From the NCBI GenBank assembly GCA_036338695.1, contig JAYZBQ010000088.1, positions 1 through 53,496 on the forward strand: a stretch of 53,496 nucleotides of DNA, in the 5' to 3' direction. The notes beneath the pieces were generated by a model. The model saw only the letters and a program-made list of their open reading frames with translations. It had not been told where the DNA came from and did not search any database. Both the position numbers and the translations under genes were made by a program. Positions 49,140-53,496 of the stretch are shown one piece after another. This DNA is from Myxococcota bacterium (GTDB lineage: Bacteria > Myxococcota > UBA4151). Position 1 is the stretch's first letter. Every line of letters starts with the position of its first letter.

Positions 49140-51053
49140 TTGGCGAGCGATCGAATCGAGAGGCTCGGGCTCTCGTTAGCCCTCACGGCGCTCGTTGTGA
49201 CCGGTGGCGCATCATCGGCTGCTCGGTTGGTATGGATCGCCGCCCCGCTCCTCGTGTTTCAGCTGCCGTTGAAGGTCACCTGCGGTGTGATCTTGCTTGG
49301 GCTCGGCCCGACCCTCTTTGAGTACCTCCTGTACGATCAACTGATCGGGTCGCTGGGGGGACGTATCTCGATCGTATGCGGTGCCGTGGTTGGCTGTTCG
49401 GCGGTCGCGTTAGGGCAGCGGCTGCTCGATTCCCGCAGCCTTAGGGAGCACCTCGCAAGAGTGTTGCCCTATTTTTGCGCCGCCCTGCTCGCACAGGCGC
49501 TGCTTCGCCTCAGCGGTTTCGTCCCCGAAGCCTTTCAATACCTGAGCGGGAATCATCTCAGCGCGCTTATCCTCTGGGCGATGGTACCCGTTTTTGCTTT
49601 GCGGATGGCGCCGTCAACGCGCTGGGTCTGTCTTGCTTTGCTCAGCATGGCACTGGTGGCAACCGGCTCCCGTTGGGGGATCTGGGTGGGCGTGGTCTTC
49701 AGCTTGGTGATGATCGGTTTGTACCTGCGTGAGGCGATGCGTTCAGCCGTCTGCCTTGCGCTGCTCGGCGTGTTGTGTGTCCCCATCGCGTTCTGGGACC
49801 GAATTCAAATGGGGAAAGCGGGCTTGTTGAGAGCGCTCGCAAGCATCACGGACTTACGACCTTGGACAGGCCTCGGTCCCGGTGGCGCCGAGACAGTCAG
49901 TCTTCAATACGTTGAGCAAGCTTTCCGTTTGACGCATATTGAGACCTTGTTTCTGGACTGGGCTGCGACCTTCGGCTGGGTGTGGACCGTTGGGGTCCTG
50001 ATGTTCCTGTTGGGGCTTATCTTCGTTGCGCCGATGACGGCTCCGCGAGCGAGTGCACCGCGCGTCAAGATGTATGCTGCCGTCGGACTTGCAGGCATCT
50101 TATGTCACGATCTCTTTGACTTTAGTTTGTTCTCGGGTTCGGTCCGCACTGCAGCCTGTGTACTCGTTGGAATTTTGGTGCCTTACAAGCTGGTTCGCTC
50201 GAGGCAGGCGCTACCCTTTGTTGTGACGGCGCTCATGGCGACTGTGTCGTTGGTCGCTTGGCATCATTATGACCCGATGCGTATGGAGCTCAGCGATCGG
50301 CTCGAAGAGGTTCCAGAACGCCTTGGTACGCGCAGTTTTCGGTATTGGCTTAATCGAGCGAGGCGTCAGCCGAGCTCGAACGATCGACTCCCAGACCTTG
50401 CGCGCGCGCTGCAGGTAGCACCGGGATGCCGTGATTGTTGGTTTGAGCTGGGCGATGTCTTTTGGAAGCTTGATCGATTCGGGCAAGCACTTCAAGCGTA
50501 TCAAAGCGGTCTGGCCGTCGCTCGCCCCGTGCTCGTGAACGCGTCGGTACGAAAGATCGCTGCATTACCGAACCGATTCCTCGTGCGGGCCGTGGGAGAT
50601 CATCTTGGCGCTGCGCGCACTGCCGCCGTGCTTCGCTTGCATCCATCAAGGGATGACCTTCGCGTGCTCTTGCAGCTGGATAGGCGGTTGTCGGACCCCA
50701 AGCTCAGACAAGCGATCTACAAGAGCATTCAACGAGCCGATCTGCGACCTGCTGTGAGAAGTCGGGCGCTGTGGGAGCTCGCCGCTCGTCCGGTGCTACT
50801 ACCTGACGAGGGACAGCAACTCATGGGCTTGTTGACCGCCGTCTTGGGGGCGGAGGGAGCGGAAGCGCGTTTGATCGAGTTGGTTGAACGCAACCCCGGA
50901 CACTGCGAAGCGATTGCTTGGTGGCGTCGTCGAGACAAAGCGAACCTCGTCCCTTTGGTAGCTCGGTATCGAGCGCGCTGTGCGCGCGTTTTGATCGGCA
51001 AAGGTGTACCTTTAGGCGTTCTTCGTGAGGTCGAGTTGGCGATCGATCCATGA
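49140..51053 (+). CDS. O-antigen ligase/Wzy_C-like membrane protein with a C-terminal TPR-like region
   Basis: About 12 TMs; TGSRWG, WTGLGPGG, THIE...G and HDLFDF motifs; helical repeats (LARALQVAPG...ELGDVFW...ALQAYQSGL). Start uncertain (TTG 49140 or ATG 49071). Confidence 0.7.
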   Translation: MASDRIERLGLSLALTALVVTGGASSAARLVWIAAPLLVFQLPLKVTCGVILLGLGPTLFEYLLYDQLIGSLGGRISIVCGAVVGCSAVALGQRLLDSRSLREHLARVLPYFCAALLAQALLRLSGFVPEAFQYLSGNHLSALILWAMVPVFALRMAPSTRWVCLALLSMALVATGSRWGIWVGVVFSLVMIGLYLREAMRSAVCLALLGVLCVPIAFWDRIQMGKAGLLRALASITDLRPWTGLGPGGAETVSLQYVEQAFRLTHIETLFLDWAATFGWVWTVGVLMFLLGLIFVAPMTAPRASAPRVKMYAAVGLAGILCHDLFDFSLFSGSVRTAACVLVGILVPYKLVRSRQALPFVVTALMATVSLVAWHHYDPMRMELSDRLEEVPERLGTRSFRYWLNRARRQPSSNDRLPDLARALQVAPGCRDCWFELGDVFWKLDRFGQALQAYQSGLAVARPVLVNASVRKIAALPNRFLVRAVGDHLGAARTAAVLRLHPSRDDLRVLLQLDRRLSDPKLRQAIYKSIQRADLRPAVRSRALWELAARPVLLPDEGQQLMGLLTAVLGAEGAEARLIELVERNPGHCEAIAWWRRRDKANLVPLVARYRARCARVLIGKGVPLGVLREVELAIDP

Positions 51054-51184
51054 CGGACTCTTTGGTACTATTTTTCGGTAGTGATGGATCGCCGCCGGCT
51101 TTATATCGGGTGCTCGTCGTCTGCGGTTTCACTGCGTGCATCACCTTACATCTTTTGAGGTGGTCACTCGATGCTGCGCAGTAG
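51050..51184 (+). CDS. Possible 44-aa single-TM small protein
   Basis: ATGA overlap with the upstream stop; MTDSLVLFFGSDGSPPALYRVLVVCGFTACITLHLLRWSLDAAQ; ends just before the SD of the next gene. Confidence 0.35.
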   Translation: MTDSLVLFFGSDGSPPALYRVLVVCGFTACITLHLLRWSLDAAQ

Positions 51185-51202
51185 GACAAGAAGGAGCCTT
51201 TC

Positions 51203-52420
51203 TTGAGGATTCTGGTTGCAGCGTATGCTTGTGAGCCCGGTCGAGGCTCTGAGCCGCTCGTGGGTTGGAGGTGGGTCCACGAGATTCAGAGCTTAGGTCA
51301 CGACGTTTGGGTGATGACCCGGGCAAACAATCAGCCCGTGATTGAGCAATATGAGGACAGCCATGGAGCGTCTGGGGTTCGGTTCGTCTATATTGATTTG
51401 CCGGCACCATTCAAGCTGCTGAAGAAGGTTCCAGGAGGCATCTATCCATACTACTATGCCTGGCAAATCTTAGCTCTGATTCACGCGTTCAAACTCCATA
51501 GAGGCTATCGATTCGAGCGGATTCATCAGCTGACTTTTGTCAGCATCCGTTTCCCAACGTTACTTGGGCTTCTTGGGGTGCCGTTGTGGGTGAATGTGGG
51601 GGGTGGAGAGCGCTCACCGAAGCAGTTGCGTCAGCCCCTCGGCTTGAAATTTTGGTTACGCGAGGGGCTTCGCGACCTGTTATTGTATCTTCATGCGTTG
51701 GACCCTTTGCGAGCGCTCGGGTTTACGCTCGCCGAGCGGATCTTGACGACCACTCATGAGTCGACCGATGCCTTACCATTCTGGGTTAGGAAGCGATGCG
51801 AAGTGTTCCCTGCGATCGCATGTGATCAGCCCGCGCCCACTGTAGAGCGAGACCTCCAACCTGATTCGATTGAACTATTGTACGCGGGGCTGCACAAAGA
51901 CTGGAAGGGGCTGCGGTTGGGGCTTAGAGCCTTGGCGGCAGCGCGGCGACGCAGCGATCGATCGTTCCACCTAACGATCGTAGGGCGGGGACCGGATCAC
52001 CACCTGTGGCGTGCTGAGGTTGATGGGCTCGGGCTCTCCGATGCAGTGACCTTTGTGGAGTGGATGCCGCGCGAGCAGTTGCTGGAGTATTATGGGCGAA
52101 AGCACGCATTTTTGTACCCAAGCTTGCATGATTCGGGCGGCTTGGTGGTCTGGGAGGCGCTTGCAGCCGGACTGCCGGTGGTTTGTTTGGCTTGTGGTGG
52201 GCCGGGGCTAATCGTGACGAGCGCCTGTGGTTGGGTACAGGATGTTGACGGTATGAGTTATCAGCAGGTTCTCGAGGGGCTCACTGAAGGTCTCTTGAAA
52301 CTCGCAGCGCCTGACCAGGTCGCCACGTGGAGCGCCGGGGCGCGCGCCCGAGCGGGGGCAATGACATGGGCCTCTCTCGTTCGTTCGGTCTATGCGTCGA
52401 AGGCGGGGTCGAGAGCCTGA
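51203..52420 (+). CDS. Glycosyltransferase family 4
   Basis: AYACEPGRGSE and WKGL motifs, PSLHDSGGLVVWEALAAGLPVV; TTG start after AAGGAG. Confidence 0.9.
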   Translation: MRILVAAYACEPGRGSEPLVGWRWVHEIQSLGHDVWVMTRANNQPVIEQYEDSHGASGVRFVYIDLPAPFKLLKKVPGGIYPYYYAWQILALIHAFKLHRGYRFERIHQLTFVSIRFPTLLGLLGVPLWVNVGGGERSPKQLRQPLGLKFWLREGLRDLLLYLHALDPLRALGFTLAERILTTTHESTDALPFWVRKRCEVFPAIACDQPAPTVERDLQPDSIELLYAGLHKDWKGLRLGLRALAAARRRSDRSFHLTIVGRGPDHHLWRAEVDGLGLSDAVTFVEWMPREQLLEYYGRKHAFLYPSLHDSGGLVVWEALAAGLPVVCLACGGPGLIVTSACGWVQDVDGMSYQQVLEGLTEGLLKLAAPDQVATWSAGARARAGAMTWASLVRSVYASKAGSRA

Positions 52421-53496
52421 GATTTGAGGTGACGACCGAGGCGTACACCGATGGCACAGATCGTCAGTCCCGGGTTCGCAAAGCTCGCCGTCGGCAGGAC
52501 CGAACTTGAGGCGATGTAGAGGTTGTCGACACCGAAGACGCGGCAGTTGGCATCGACGACACCCTGGTCAGGTTGAGCCGCCATTCGCGTGGTTCCATAG
52601 TTGTGGCTACCGACCCCAGTATATTTGAGGATCTGTGCCCGCATTTCAGCGGGGTCCATATTGATCTCAGCCACACCACAGCGAACCAGCTCGCTCGCAA
52701 TCATCTCGATGGCGCGCGCCGTGCTGTCGATGTCCTCGTCCGTGACCTGGTAGTCGATCGTTATGAGCGGATTCCCGAAGCGGTCGTTTCGCTCGCTGAG
52801 ACGCAGTTGGCTGTTTGGATTGGGACGTTGTTCCGCGTCGAAGTGAACCCAATATCGGTTCTGCGCGTCCTCCTCCAACAGCGAGGGGAGCTTTCTGCGA
52901 GCGAGGATGCGCTTGAACAGCCACTTGAACCCAAAACGAAACAAATGAGGTAGACCAAGTACGCAGTTTTTTACGTGTGCGCCCAAGTGCTTGACTGGGC
53001 CGAGACCATTGAGATCGGCCGCATATTCTGGGGGAACATGGCGAACGATAAATCGTTTGAGGAGGTACATCGCCGATAGGACAGCGTTCCCGTGCGCCGG
53101 ATCACTCGGTGGTGGGATGTCGAGCACCAGACGGATATTGGGTAGCTTTGCCTCATCTATGGCTTGCTCATCAATGCGGATGGCTGGTCGCATGTAGATA
53201 TCATCGACGGTGCGATCGTAACTCCAGATCAGTGGACCGCCCTTCGGTTTAAAGCGCCAAGGTCCAACCTTTCCACAGATATGCGAGATATAGTTCCGAC
53301 CCAGCAGATCGCTGTGGTTACCAATCCCATTGGGTAGGACGGAGCGCGACGACAACAACAGTCGGGTTGTCTCGACGCCACCCGCTGCGATCACGTAACG
53401 TTGAGCGCGCACCTTAAAGCGACGGTCGTCTAGCGTTGCGGCGTCCAAATATTCGACTTGTTGCCCATCGGCTGAAAGTTCAATCGACAAGACATT
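52390..53496 (-). CDS. GMC-family flavin oxidoreductase (5' end outside the window)
   Basis: IAAGGVETTRLLL, LLGRNY, HNYGTTRM, VVDANCRV, NLYIASSSV and ANPGLTI motifs; frame open to the window edge. Confidence 0.88.
   Translation of the reverse strand, partial: NVLSIELSADGQQVEYLDAATLDDRRFKVRAQRYVIAAGGVETTRLLLSSRSVLPNGIGNHSDLLGRNYISHICGKVGPWRFKPKGGPLIWSYDRTVDDIYMRPAIRIDEQAIDEAKLPNIRLVLDIPPPSDPAHGNAVLSAMYLLKRFIVRHVPPEYAADLNGLGPVKHLGAHVKNCVLGLPHLFRFGFKWLFKRILARRKLPSLLEEDAQNRYWVHFDAEQRPNPNSQLRLSERNDRFGNPLITIDYQVTDEDIDSTARAIEMIASELVRCGVAEINMDPAEMRAQILKYTGVGSHNYGTTRMAAQPDQGVVDANCRVFGVDNLYIASSSVLPTASFANPGLTICAIGVRLGRHLKSQALDPAFDA

Overview
GC-rich (roughly 65% by spot counts), very gene-dense bacterial chromosome segment. 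It is most likely from a Myxococcota member, judged from two MYXO-CTERM-like tails, a Myxococcus-type Cys-rich repeat and many Cys/Asp-rich lipoproteins. I found about 38 CDS and no rRNA, tRNA, CRISPR array or mobile element. Housekeeping and catabolic genes are ttcA, orn, pepD, an SDR, gcvT-gcvH and a distant convergent gcvP, a DsbA-like protein, tsaB, a VanX/DdpX-like dipeptidase, udk, a DinG-family helicase, aat, clpA, clpS, a HIT protein, galE and putA. The most interesting elements are: (1) two cell-surface operons with the same layout, outer-membrane beta-barrel, then a giant hydrolase lipoprotein, then a MYXO-CTERM protein. One carries a lipase-like enzyme. The other carries a metzincin, an atypical trypsin-like protease and a haem-c/copper (PHM/DBM-type) monooxygenase, and lies between gcvH and gcvP. 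(2) A three-gene phosphorelay in which a sensor pseudokinase (H-box His replaced by Ser, degenerate ATP-binding boxes, intact receiver) is divergent from two intact hybrid kinases. These have no output domain and run straight into aat, next to clpA-clpS. (3) A lower-GC glycan locus at the right end. All annotation is by eye from motifs; no searches were run.
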